IMG/VR virus record: IMGVR_UViG_3300044627_003892
Direction: 5' to 3' (one strand)
Origin: a virus
Taxonomy: Duplodnaviria > Caudoviricetes
DNA length: 64,000 nt
Part shown: positions 12,701 through 19,319 of the stretch, in pieces
Position numbering within the stretch: the first letter of the stretch is position 1
Layout of the letters: each line of letters begins with the position of its first letter
Program-made: the position numbers and the translations under genes
The notes under the pieces: model-generated
Told to the model about the DNA's origin: nothing
Database searches by the model: none
The model's input: the letters and a program-made list of their open reading frames with translations, nothing else

Positions 12701-13124
12701 CAGGTGTATTATTCTTTATAATAGTTTCGTAAGATAATTGAGTTACAGAATTAGCACTTACTGCAGCATCCCATAAATCATTGTAATTGTCTATTTGATA
12801 TTGATATGCCGTTTCAGTTTCATTAACCCAAACAATCATACCCAATCTTCTTCTACCCGAAGAGAAATTGTCAGAATTTAAAGTTAAATATGTTGGAGAA
12901 AATGTACCGTTACCAATGTTAATATTAATAGGTATATTATTAACACTTAATTGTTGTTGTCCTTGCCCACTAAATGTTAAACCTAAATTAGTAAGGTATG
13001 CCGCCTCTTGCCATCCACCAACATTTAAAACATTAAAATTGGTTCCGTATGGACTTGTTCTCGCTACACTGAAAGGTCCTGTAATTTGGGACGCACTTAT
13101 TGGATTTTGATACGGTATTGCCAT
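717..13124 (-). CDS. giant Gly-X-Y (Gly-Ser/Thr-Ser) repeat, collagen-like tail/capsid fibre protein (4135 aa)
   Basis: About 205-aa N-terminal domain paralogous to 21935..24169; about 3770 aa of Gly at every third position; about 110-aa globular insert, short second repeat and hydrophobic C-terminal tail. Synonymous codons vary while the amino-acid pattern is kept, indicating a real coding frame. Confidence 0.9.
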   Translation of the reverse strand: MAIPYQNPISASQITGPFSVARTSPYGTNFNVLNVGGWQEAAYLTNLGLTFSGQGQQQLSVNNIPININIGNGTFSPTYLTLNSDNFSSGRRRLGMIVWVNETETAYQYQIDNYNDLWDAAVSANSVTQLSYETIIKNNTPEGQAFINAWTGSTIEGVSGVTRENARWRVFAQGTELTGGTYFSGTSTLELYNSDGTIISVTGITASGSNGSSGTSGSAGTSGSSGSSGSSGSAGTSGTSGSSGSSGSSGSAGTSGTSGTSGSSGDSGSSGSTGTSGSSGSAGTSGINGVDGASGTSGTSGSSGLSGTGGSSGTSGTSGSSGSSGSVGTSGTSGSSGSSGTSGSSGTSGSSGSSGSSGSSGSSGTSGSTGTSGSSGSTGSSGSSGLTGSSGTSGQSGTSGSSGTSGQSGTSGSSGTSGESGTSGSSGTSGSSGISGSSGSSGSSGVNGSSGSSGTSGTTGTSGSSGSSGSSGTSGTSGTTGTSGSSGSSGTSGTNGTSGTSGSSGSAGTSGTSGTTGSSGSSGSAGTSGTSGTSGTTGSSGSSGTSGSTGSSGSSGSSGLTGSSGTSGSSGTSGSSGSSGSDGTSGSSGSSGTSGSSGSSGTSGTSGSSGTSGTSGSSGTSGSSGTSGSSGTSGTTGTSGTSGSSGTSGTSGTSGSSGTSGTSGSSGTSGTTGTSGTSGSSGTSGTSGSSGTSGTTGTSGTSGSSGTSGTSGSSGTSGSSGTSGTSGTSGSSGTSGTTGTSGTSGSSGTSGTSGSSGTSGTSGSSGTSGTTGTSGTSGSSGTSGTSGSSGTTGTSGTSGSSGTSGTSGSSGTSGTTGTSGTSGSSGTSGSSGTSGTTGTSGTSGSSGTSGTSGTSGSSGTSGSSGTSGTTGTSGTSGTSGTSGSSGTSGTSGTSGSSGTTGTSGTSGSSGTSGTTGTSGTSGSSGTSGTSGSSGTSGSSGTSGTTGTSGTSGSSGTSGTTGTSGTSGSSGTSGTSGSSGTSGTSGSSGTSGTSGSSGTTGTSGTSGSSGTSGTTGTSGTSGSSGTSGTSGSSGTSGTTGTSGTSGSSGTSGTSGSSGTSGTSGSSGTSGTSGSSGTSGTAGTSGTSGSSGTSGTSGSSGTSGTTGTSGTSGSSGTSGTSGSSGTSGTTGTSGTSGSSGTSGTSGTTGTSGTSGSSGTSGSSGSSGTAGTSGTSGSSGTSGSSGTTGTSGTSGSSGSSGSSGSSGTSGSSGSVGTSGTSGTSGSSGSSGSAGTSGSVGTSGTSGSSGSSGSSGSTGSSGTSGSSGSSGSSGSTGSRGTSGTSGSSGSVGTSGTSGSVGTSGTSGTSGSSGSSGSAGSSGTSGSSGSTGSSGSTGTSGSSGTSGSTGTSGSSGTSGSVGTSGTSGSSGSVGTSGTSGSSGSVGTSGSSGTNGTSGTSGSSGSSGSVGTSGTSGTSGTSGSSGSSGNSGSSGTSGTSGSTGSSGSSGSSGSVGTSGTSGSSGSSGSAGSSGTSGTSGSSGSTGSSGTSGSSGSVGTSGSSGSTGTSGSSGSSGTSGSSGSTGSSGSSGSSGSSGSSGSTGTSGSAGTSGSSGSSGSSGSAGSSGSTGTSGSSGSAGSSGSSGTSGSSGTSGTSGSSGSTGSSGSSGSTGSRGTSGTSGTSGTSGSSGSSGTSGSSGTSGANGSSGSSGSSGSAGSSGSVGTSGSSGSSGSVGTSGSSGTSGSSGSSGSSGSSGSAGTSGSVGTSGSSGSSGSSGSSGSSGSTGSRGTSGTSGTSGSSGSTGTSGTSGSTGTSGTSGSTGTSGTSGSTGSSGSSGTSGSVGTSGSSGSSGSTGTSGTSGSTGTSGSSGSSGSSGTSGITGSSGSSGSSGSVGTSGTSGSSGSSGSAGSSGSTGTSGTSGSSGSSGSSGSSGSVGTSGSSGSVGTSGTSGSSGSVGTSGTSGSSGSVGTSGTSGTSGSSGSSGSSGSVGTSGSSGTSGSSGSSGSTGSSGSSGSSGTSGANGSSGTSGSSGSSGSSGSAGSSGSSGSVGTSGSSGTSGTSGSSGSSGSSGSVGTSGSSGTSGSSGSSGSSGSSGSSGSTGSRGTSGSSGTSGSSGTSGSVGTSGTSGSTGTSGSSGSVGTSGTSGSSGSTGSSGTSGSSGSSGSSGSTGSSGSSGTSGSSGSSGTSGSSGSVGTSGSSGSSGSSGSSGSTGSSGTSGNSGSSGSSGSSGSSGSVGTSGTSGSVGTSGTSGSSGSSGSTGSSGTSGSSGSTGSSGSSGSTGTSGSSGTSGSSGSSGSAGTSGSSGSVGTSGSSGSSGSSGSVGTSGSSGSSGSAGSSGSVGTSGTSGSSGSSGSSGSVGTSGTSGSSGTSGSSGSSGTSGSSGSSGSSGSSGSSGSSGSTGSRGTSGTSGTSGSVGTSGSSGSSGTSGSSGSSGSAGTSGSVGTSGTSGSSGSSGSSGSVGTSGSSGTSGSSGSSGSAGSSGSTGSSGSAGSAGTSGVNGSSGTSGSAGSSGSSGSSGSSGSVGTSGTSGSSGSAGSSGSSGSVGTSGSSGTSGSSGSSGSAGSSGSSGTSGSSGSSGSTGSRGTSGTSGSSGSVGTSGTSGSVGSSGSSGTSGSVGTSGTSGSSGSSGSAGSSGSTGTSGSSGSTGTSGSSGSSGSSGSSGSTGTSGTSGSSGSSGSSGSSGSAGTSGSSGSSGSSGSSGSSGTSGTSGSSGTSGSSGSSGSTGSSGSSGTSGSSGTSGSSGSSGSTGSSGSSGSSGSSGSTGSRGTSGTSGSSGTSGTSGTSGSSGTSGTSGSVGTSGTSGSSGSSGSVGTSGTSGTSGSVGTSGTSGSSGSVGTSGSSGSTGSSGSSGSTGTSGSAGSSGSSGSSGSSGSTGTSGSSGTSGSSGSSGSTGSSGTSGSVGTSGTSGTSGSTGSSGSSGSSGSSGSTGTSGSSGSSGTSGSSGSSGSSGSSGSSGSSGSTGSRGTSGTSGTSGSSGTSGSNGTSGSSGSSGSSGSSGSVGTSGSSGLSGVDGTNGTSGSSGNSGTSGTSGSSGSSGSSGSSGSSGSTGSRGTSGTSGTSGSSGSSGSAGTSGSVGTSGSSGSAGSSGSSGSSGTSGSSGTSGSSGSSGSTGSSGSSGSVGTSGSSGSSGSSGSSGSSGTSGANGSSGTSGSSGSSGSSGSSGSAGTSGANGSSGTSGSSGSSGSVGTSGSSGSSGSSGSSGSAGTSGSSGSSGSSGSSGSTGSRGTSGTSGTSGSSGSSGSSGSSGTSGTNGSSGTSGSSGSSGSAGSSGSSGTSGANGSSGTSGSSGSSGSAGSSGSSGSTGTSGSSGSSGSTGSSGSSGTSGSSGSSGSSGSSGSAGSSGTSGANGSSGTSGSSGSSGSSGSSGSSGSVGTSGSSGSSGSSGSSGSTGSRGTSGSSGTSGTSGTSGSSGSSGSSGTSGSNGSSGTSGSSGSSGSSGSSGSSGSSGTSGANGSSGTSGSSGSSGSSGSTGSSGSAGTSGANGSSGTSGSSGSSGSAGSSGSSGSSGTSGVNGSSGTSGTSGSSGSSGSSGSSGSAGTSGANGSSGTSGSSGSSGTSGSSGSSGSSGSSGSSGSSGASGSSGTSGSSGSSGSSGSSGSAGTSGSVGTSGSSGSAGSSGSSGSSGSSGSTGSRGTSGTSGTSGSSGSTGTSGSSGTSGSSGSTGSSGSSGSAGTSGSVGTSGSSGSAGSSGSSGNTGSSGTSGSSGTSGSSGSSGSSGSSGNSGSSGTSGSSGTSGSSGSSGSSGSSGSSGSAGSSGTSGSSGTSGSSGSSGSSGSSGSSGSTGSRGTSGTSGSSGSSGTSGSSGTSGSGGSSGSSGSSGNTGSSGTSGSSGTSGSSGSAGSSGSSGNTGSSGTSGSSGTSGSSGSSGSSGSTGTSGSSGTSGSSGSSGSSGNTGSSGTSGSSGTSGSSGSSGSSGSSGSSGITGSSGTSGSSGSAGSSGSSGSGSSGTSGLDGISGTSGSSGFGSSGTSGSSGTSGSSGSSGSSGTSGSSGSSGSSGSSGTSGSSGSSGSSGSSGSSGSTGSRGTSGSSGTSGSQGNKGGLQYQYGGGTGGAPASGQFTYQGAGVAVYDLKFDVVTADSADLSDYFLNLVGTQGIVYLIFNLNGSNKIDIYYFNNVSVSGSDYLFTGALYTNGGDTTLTVNDVCAVTIIVNGTSGTSGSSGTSGSSGITGSSGTSGAAGAAGGTFTLGLVYTTANNFNFI
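1203..12503 (-). repeat. coding 9-bp-period Gly-X-Y repeat tract (GSS/GTS/GST/GSA/GSV/GTT/GAN), about 1250 triplets
   Basis: Directly visible in translation and as a degenerate cc(t/a)gaa/ccactt/cctgat periodicity on the + strand; register breaks seen only near 1420-1500 (GSG, GFG). Confidence 0.97.
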
Positions 13125-13153
13125 TTTTTTACTTACTAATAATTATCTTTTTT

Positions 13154-14362
13154 TTAGGTTTTATACACCCCTTTGAAATAATAATTATTTTTATCAGGAA
13201 GTTTTGGAGGTAACAATCCATCGTTAGACAAGTATAATACTCTATAAATCCCCGCAGGTATTGCTCCACCTGGAGTTATTGTAATATCCCCAACCGAAAT
13301 TTTAGGGTCAGGAGTTGCTAAAATATCAAAGTCACAAGGTTGTGATTGATAACCAACATTTACTGTCATGTTATTTAAACTTTCATCAACACCCGCAAGT
13401 GGTATCCAAATCGTATACATGTACTGTAAACTAGTGTTAATAACACTATTATCAACTTCAATTGTTTCAAAAGTATATTGGTTAATTAAACATCCAAATC
13501 TATCGTTAATTGTATTTGAAAATTGATTTATCGCACCTTTTAAATTTGTAGGTTTAACAAAGTTTCCTGTTCCACCTGTAAATCCTGAGTATGATGCGTA
13601 TTTGTTCATCATATAACTGTAGTTTGGACTTGTTGGTAATGGAAGTGCTCCCGAATTACCCCATCCGTACCAATTAACACTAGTATCAGGTGTTATACCG
13701 TCCGATAAGTAATACATATAACTTCCTAATCCATATAACGAACCACTTCCCGAAGAATCTTGCGGTTCCGCAAATACGTAAGCGTAATATAGAGGTGTTG
13801 TAATTGATGGTGTTGGGGTAAATGTTGGTGTTGGTGTAGTTGTTGGCGTAGGTGTTGATGTTGCTGTCGGTGTTAAAGATAGAGTTGGTGTAACACTTGG
13901 AGTAATTGATGGTGTTGGAGTTGGTGTTGCCGGTAGAGCAGGTGCGTTACAACAAGGTCTATCAATAATGTAAGGATTATTAGTCGGATAAGAGTAAGAG
14001 TTTAAACTAAAACTACTAAGAACACTTACATAAATTTTTTGAGGTAGTGGTATAATAACAATACCCTGAGATGATTGTTTTAAAAACTGAACTAAAAACT
14101 TACCTTCATTTTTTGTTTCTCTACTTGTGAATTGATAGTTCACATAATAAGTAATATCTAAAGGATTAACAGTAGACGCACTTGTTGTAATATAACATTC
14201 TTTAGACGCTACAACATATTTCTTATTAAATTCGTCATATACCGAAATTAAAATTGTATTACCCGAAATATTTTCATTTAAACCAAAATCACTTCTCCCG
14301 TCTTTTGATATCTCAACTTGGAAAACTGGTAACGTTGAATTTTTCTTAATAAACCATTCCAT
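13154..14362 (-). CDS. virion protein: BppU-like N-terminal domain, Pro/Thr linker, C-terminal domain paralogous to 24179..25183
   Basis: Start moved from the track's 14389 to ATG 14362 (MEWFIKKNSTLP) because it aligns with the start of the upstream paralog (MEFFINKGATLP); [15 protein letters not shown] linker. Confidence 0.7.
   Translation of the reverse strand: MEWFIKKNSTLPVFQVEISKDGRSDFGLNENISGNTILISVYDEFNKKYVVASKECYITTSASTVNPLDITYYVNYQFTSRETKNEGKFLVQFLKQSSQGIVIIPLPQKIYVSVLSSFSLNSYSYPTNNPYIIDRPCCNAPALPATPTPTPSITPSVTPTLSLTPTATSTPTPTTTPTPTFTPTPSITTPLYYAYVFAEPQDSSGSGSLYGLGSYMYYLSDGITPDTSVNWYGWGNSGALPLPTSPNYSYMMNKYASYSGFTGGTGNFVKPTNLKGAINQFSNTINDRFGCLINQYTFETIEVDNSVINTSLQYMYTIWIPLAGVDESLNNMTVNVGYQSQPCDFDILATPDPKISVGDITITPGGAIPAGIYRVLYLSNDGLLPPKLPDKNNYYFKGVYKT
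13795..13935 (-). repeat. coding Pro/Thr (mucin-like) linker
   Basis: [45 protein letters not shown]; boundaries approximate. Confidence 0.9.
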
Positions 14363-14363
14363 A

Positions 14364-14732
14364 TTAAATAGATACGTAACTATTACCAATTTTTATCGTT
14401 AGTTTTTCTCTGATTGGTAAAATATAAGTTCCTGTATCAGTGATAAAAACAAACTCTCCTTCATAAAGTCCCTCTCTACTTGTATCGCTTGAAGTGAATT
14501 TATAATAAACATAGTATTCTGTCTCAGCATTTGGGTCAATAAATGTCTTTTCAACAAACCCTCCTTTCTTATTCAGAATTTTGTAACCCCCTGTTTTAAC
14601 ATCTATCATGGAAAAATAAATCAACGAGTTTTCTATCAGTGACATAAACTCTGTTATGTCAGCAATACCATCTTTAACCACTTGCATTTTAAGAACAGGC
14701 AGTGTTGCACCTTTGTTAATAAAAAATTCCAT
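14364..14732 (-). CDS. stand-alone BppU-like (baseplate upper protein N-terminal type) Ig-fold adaptor (122 aa)
   Basis: F.IxKxxTLP...YxFTSxDTxxEGxYxGEF...ILP pattern recalled for BppU_N-like phage domains; paralog of the next gene's N-terminus. Confidence 0.55.
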   Translation of the reverse strand: MEFFINKGATLPVLKMQVVKDGIADITEFMSLIENSLIYFSMIDVKTGGYKILNKKGGFVEKTFIDPNAETEYYVYYKFTSSDTSREGLYEGEFVFITDTGTYILPIREKLTIKIGNSYVSI

Positions 14733-14746
14733 TAATAGTTTTTTAA

Positions 14747-14753
14747 ATAAATA
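14747..14753 (-). promoter_or_regulatory. TATTTAT intergenic motif
   Basis: 14 nt upstream of ATG 14732. Confidence 0.55.
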
Positions 14754-14761
14754 TCAAAAAA

Positions 14762-16432
14762 TCAACATTCTTTCCTTAAATTACTATCATAATGTTCAAA
14801 TCTATTATGTTCGGTAGGTGTGAGTAATAAAATACCTGGTTTTAATTTACCTTTAATTGTGTTTTGGAAGTTGTGAGACATTAAAGTTTGTTCATACGGG
14901 TGTTGATATTTTGTCTCCAAATAACATTTATAACTCCCACTTTTTGAAAGAATTATCGGCCAATTACACAAATAGATTTCCCCTGACGCATAAGGTAAAC
15001 CCTTATGTGTTTTTATCTCGTTGAATTTTGTTTTTGGAGCGTTCGGGTCTAATCCCTGTTGAGGTAGTTTTGGATTTTTTGGCCAATGTTGTTCTCTGAA
15101 ATTTTGTGGTACATTATACCAACTCCATTGAGTACTATTATCACCATAAAACTCTGAAAAATTTAATTTTAAAAAATCAAAGTTTTCTTTATTAACTATC
15201 TCTAAACTTTTTTGATATAGATTACTTGCATACCTATTAAACCCATTTCTACACACTTCATTTTTTTGTGAATAAAAAAACATATCATCCTCAAAGAATA
15301 ACATATAGTCCAACCCTGTTTCATCAAAATGTTCCGCAGTCCATTGTCTTCCACCTGTAATACCTATGTTATCTTTTTTAATATGTTCAAAATCATATTC
15401 TTTACAAAGTCTCAAGTATTCTTCTGTTGTTGATAGGTCAGTTGAGTTATCCAATAAAAATTTCTTTGGTCTGTCTAAGAAATCCCTATCATATTCAATC
15501 ATAGATTTAATTAATGTTTCAAATTGTTTTGGAGAATTGAATGTTATTACATACAATGCAACTTTATCCATATCTAAGTCATTTTGAATTTTAACAAACT
15601 CTGTCTTTTTAACTAAAACATCATCTTTTAAATCCTCAAAGAATTTTCCAAATAAACCATTATATTCAATTTCAAAATAATTTATATATTCACTTAACTT
15701 ATAAACCATTATTGAAAATATTGACTCCTCAGTTCCCATATACCCACTTGATAATGTATCATTCAATAGGTTATAGTATTCACCATTCATCTGTGATATG
15801 GTTTCTTTTGGTCCCCCAAAAAACCCACCTCGAGCAACTTTCTTCACATCATCTTCAGCCCATTCATTAATCTTTGGATATGAAAATCCGTGTATCTCAT
15901 TACTTGCGTCGTATGGAAAACAAACAAATGTAAACTTATCAATATACTTACTTAAATTATTTAAAACCTTATCGTGTGTGAAATATCCGGGATGAACAGT
16001 ATTTGTAAGACCCGCATCAATCCAAAATAAAAACTCTGAATTAAATCTATCAAAAATCCTTGCGTCGTTTAATAAAAACATTTTTGACATAACAAGTGGA
16101 TTATACATTTCTAATCTACCTTGTGTTGATTCCTTTAACCAACCTGATTGATTATACCATTCGGGATTGTTTCTGATTTGTTGTATTTTATTATAAAAGT
16201 CATTTTCAACAAACCAACTTTTATCTCTTAAAATAAATTGTGTATTACTTTGGTCTCTTTTTTCCCAAACAAAATCTTCCAATTCTTTTTCACCAAAAAT
16301 TATTAAGTTTTCTTCAACTTTTAATAGTTGTTCAAATTTTTCTAAATAATGTGAAAAAGAACGAGACCAACCTTCTTCAAGATTTTCTCTACCAATATTC
16401 CACAATCCTGTAACTAATGTAATATTACTCAT
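14762..16432 (-). CDS. two-domain glycosyltransferase: HtrL/YibB-like N-terminal domain plus GT-A (GT2-like) C-terminal domain (556 aa)
   Basis: N-terminal TLVTGLWNIGR, FWIDAG, GGFFGG, GTEESI; C-terminal LLDNSTD, NIGITGGRQ, YMLFFEDD (DxD-type). Confidence 0.7.
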   Translation of the reverse strand: MSNITLVTGLWNIGRENLEEGWSRSFSHYLEKFEQLLKVEENLIIFGEKELEDFVWEKRDQSNTQFILRDKSWFVENDFYNKIQQIRNNPEWYNQSGWLKESTQGRLEMYNPLVMSKMFLLNDARIFDRFNSEFLFWIDAGLTNTVHPGYFTHDKVLNNLSKYIDKFTFVCFPYDASNEIHGFSYPKINEWAEDDVKKVARGGFFGGPKETISQMNGEYYNLLNDTLSSGYMGTEESIFSIMVYKLSEYINYFEIEYNGLFGKFFEDLKDDVLVKKTEFVKIQNDLDMDKVALYVITFNSPKQFETLIKSMIEYDRDFLDRPKKFLLDNSTDLSTTEEYLRLCKEYDFEHIKKDNIGITGGRQWTAEHFDETGLDYMLFFEDDMFFYSQKNEVCRNGFNRYASNLYQKSLEIVNKENFDFLKLNFSEFYGDNSTQWSWYNVPQNFREQHWPKNPKLPQQGLDPNAPKTKFNEIKTHKGLPYASGEIYLCNWPIILSKSGSYKCYLETKYQHPYEQTLMSHNFQNTIKGKLKPGILLLTPTEHNRFEHYDSNLRKEC

Positions 16433-17300
16433 ATTTAATATCCTCTAACGCCTTGTAAAAACTTTTATTTATTGTAAAATAATCCTCAGGTAGACCTGGA
16501 GGCCCATTTGTTTCATGCCACCATGTTTCAAAATAGAACATTTTAAACATATCAATATAATTTTGATACATTAATGATAAAATCTGTTCTTCAAACCATA
16601 GCCCTTTGGTGTCCTCAACTATTTCTTTAAGGTTCTGTTCAAACACCTCAACTAATTTTATAAAATTATTTTTTTCACCCCCAAAAATACCCCCAATAAT
16701 ATGTAATGAATTATCATATATTTTATAAAACTTCGGTGGGACAGTACCACTCCAATAATTCCTAACATTATCTTTTCCAATAATTAATATTTTATCATCA
16801 CTTTTATTTATTAATTTATTTAAAAAATCATTATCAAAAAAATGACTGTTGTAGTACCCTTGGTATTCGTCATTATGTTCCAAATATTTGTCGGGTAGTA
16901 ATCCACAATGTGATAATCCAGCATCTATCCAATAATAATAATCATATGACATATCCTCATTTAAGAACCAAAAAAACTTGTTATACTGTATTTCAAAACA
17001 TCTATCACCAGTTTTAACTGACTCAACATTTTTAAAATTTTTAATTAAATTAAAATGATTACTATCCTCTAAATTAAATCCAACAATCTGTAATTGATTT
17101 TCAGAAATATTATTTTCAGAATAAAAAAAATGTTTTAGTTGTTCAATTTCTTCATTACTTGTATAACAAACAAAATTAGCGTTTGTCATTCTTAACAATG
17201 ATATTAGACTCCAACGATAGTGATTATCTCTATTTTGTCTTCCACCATAATCAGTTCCATTTAAATTAGAGTATATTGCGGTTATAAATTTAACTTTCAT
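16425..17300 (-). CDS. HtrL/YibB-like putative glycosyltransferase (291 aa)
   Basis: FITAIY, YYWIDAGLSH, IIGGIFGG, EEQILSL; the same motif set as the N-terminal domain of the neighbouring 556-aa protein. Confidence 0.65.
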   Translation of the reverse strand: MKVKFITAIYSNLNGTDYGGRQNRDNHYRWSLISLLRMTNANFVCYTSNEEIEQLKHFFYSENNISENQLQIVGFNLEDSNHFNLIKNFKNVESVKTGDRCFEIQYNKFFWFLNEDMSYDYYYWIDAGLSHCGLLPDKYLEHNDEYQGYYNSHFFDNDFLNKLINKSDDKILIIGKDNVRNYWSGTVPPKFYKIYDNSLHIIGGIFGGEKNNFIKLVEVFEQNLKEIVEDTKGLWFEEQILSLMYQNYIDMFKMFYFETWWHETNGPPGLPEDYFTINKSFYKALEDIKYE

Positions 17301-18009
17301 ATTTTAATATTTGATTGTTATTATAATCCATATATTCTGATGGTATTTTTACAGGTGAGTATCCATTCCAATTATATGTTTGAGTATAAAAATTGTTATA
17401 AACATCGTGTGACACATCTGAATAAGAACTTCGTTGAGGAGCGATTGGTAAATTTGGACAATAACTTTGGAAATTAGGGTATATTACTTTAGCAAGGAAC
17501 CCATCTATCGGATAAAAATAATTTCCGTCATGGAACTTTTCCTCCGAAATTTTAAACATCTCATCATATATTTTTTCATCGTATATTAGAATGTTTGTCG
17601 CAAAAGTTTCGGTTAAATAATCATGTTTTTTTTCAGGTAACTTTGTTAAGTCCAATAATAAATCACAATCATCACTAATGTTAACATGTCTATTTAATGT
17701 TGGTGATAGATTTAATACATAATAATTTAAATCGTTCATTTTTAATTCAATCTCTTCCAATAGTTTTTTTGAATACGGCATAAAGACACAATCATCTTCA
17801 ATAACCATAACTTTATGGTAACCTCTTTCTTTAGCAATTTTGATGATTTCTAAATGAGATAAAGTACATCCCATATATCCATTCATATCAATAGCTTTAA
17901 AAATTTCAAAGTCCCAAGACATGTATTTCATTTCTTGGGTTATTTCATTTAGTCTCTCAGGTCGTTTTTCTAAATTGATTACAAATTTTGGTATGTCTAT
18001 AAATCTCAT
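17290..18009 (-). CDS. glycosyltransferase family 25-like (239 aa)
   Basis: FVINLEKRPERL, GCTLSHL and VMVIEDDC are the characteristic GT25 (Lex2B/LgtB-like) motifs. Confidence 0.85.
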   Translation of the reverse strand: MRFIDIPKFVINLEKRPERLNEITQEMKYMSWDFEIFKAIDMNGYMGCTLSHLEIIKIAKERGYHKVMVIEDDCVFMPYSKKLLEEIELKMNDLNYYVLNLSPTLNRHVNISDDCDLLLDLTKLPEKKHDYLTETFATNILIYDEKIYDEMFKISEEKFHDGNYFYPIDGFLAKVIYPNFQSYCPNLPIAPQRSSYSDVSHDVYNNFYTQTYNWNGYSPVKIPSEYMDYNNNQILKYES

Positions 18010-19250
18010 AAGTTTCCTGTTATTCTATCACACCACCCTTTAGATTCCGAGTGAGGCCAAACCACCCAATATTTAGGTTTTGAATCAGTTAAGAACTCTC
18101 TCCAAACTTTACAATAACCATCAGGGTCTCTTAACATTCTATCAACTTCACCTTTATCAGCATCTTGTCTGTAAATGGTTTCATCTAATTCATTATGGAA
18201 AGCAACTACCCAAAAGTCATAATCCTTTTCAGGTACTTGAGTAAACCCAATATCAATACAATGTTTGAATACCGATGTGAATGATTTTAACCATTCCTCT
18301 TCTGAATTGAAGTTGTTTGGATTTGGTGGATAACCTTTATCTAATGTATATTGTTGAACAGCTCTCTTTGAAAATAGAAGTCCTGAATATTTTTCATAGT
18401 CTCTTAAAGTTCTAACTTTACCAAAACCATACTTTCCGTGTTTCATATCTTCCTCACCATCCATACCAAATAGAGAACGATTTTTCTTATGAGCGAAATT
18501 ATTCTTATCCACCCATTCTTTATCGTCATCCCATTGTTTGGTTCTACCCTTACGAGTATATTCATGCCAAATCAAAACTTTATGTGGGTGGAATAAATCA
18601 TATCCATGAGTGTAAGCTCTTGCGGCAATTGAAATCTCTTCACCATGAAAATAAAACTCAGGGTCATGTTGAACTTCTTTAGCAAACTTACCAAGAGTAA
18701 AACAGAAGTGAGCAGAGTAAAATCTTGCGGTAACAGGTTCAGTTAAATTTTGCCAACCCGGTATTGTCTCAGGTAAAAAGAAAACCGCACCTTCAGGAAT
18801 AAATCTATCAAACGCCATTCTCCACGGTTCGTTAACACGTAAGTTTGGGTCATTGTCAGGGTCAAACGATGAAACATAACCTGTCAATAAAGGTTTCTTA
18901 TATCCTTTTTTTTGAAGTTGTTTAATCATCTTAATCATCTCATCATCCCAATTTTGACCGAACCTCATGTGTGAGTCAATTTGGAGGGTGTAATTTTCTT
19001 TATCATACACTTGTTGTATTTGATTTCTTGCCCAACATGCTCCTCTAGATTCATAATAAGGAATATCAATTATTCTAAATCTTTCATCATCTCTATATTC
19101 ATCTAAATTATCAAAATTATCATCGCGATGATACTGACGAGCGATACCGAAAACTAAGTTTTCAGGTCGTTTAGCATTTTCTAATGCTGACTTTATAGTC
19201 GGGATTAACTGTGGGTCTCTATAAGACGCAACTTGTATAAAAATTTTCAT
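18006..19250 (-). CDS. GT60/'GlcNAc' family polypeptide N-acetylhexosaminyltransferase-like protein (414 aa)
   Basis: IFIQVASYRDP, SRGACWAR, LQIDSHMRF (DxH), FHGEEISIAARAYTHGYDL. These match the Skp1 GlcNAc-transferase (GT60) family, which is related to GT27 ppGalNAc-transferases. There is an extra C-terminal domain of about 90 aa. Confidence 0.85.
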   Translation of the reverse strand: MKIFIQVASYRDPQLIPTIKSALENAKRPENLVFGIARQYHRDDNFDNLDEYRDDERFRIIDIPYYESRGACWARNQIQQVYDKENYTLQIDSHMRFGQNWDDEMIKMIKQLQKKGYKKPLLTGYVSSFDPDNDPNLRVNEPWRMAFDRFIPEGAVFFLPETIPGWQNLTEPVTARFYSAHFCFTLGKFAKEVQHDPEFYFHGEEISIAARAYTHGYDLFHPHKVLIWHEYTRKGRTKQWDDDKEWVDKNNFAHKKNRSLFGMDGEEDMKHGKYGFGKVRTLRDYEKYSGLLFSKRAVQQYTLDKGYPPNPNNFNSEEEWLKSFTSVFKHCIDIGFTQVPEKDYDFWVVAFHNELDETIYRQDADKGEVDRMLRDPDGYCKVWREFLTDSKPKYWVVWPHSESKGWCDRITGNL

Positions 19251-19319
19251 GTAAAGTTTTACACAAAAAGTATTAATTTTAAATAAAAATTAAAGAAATA
19301 AATGAATAAGTTTTAGTTT

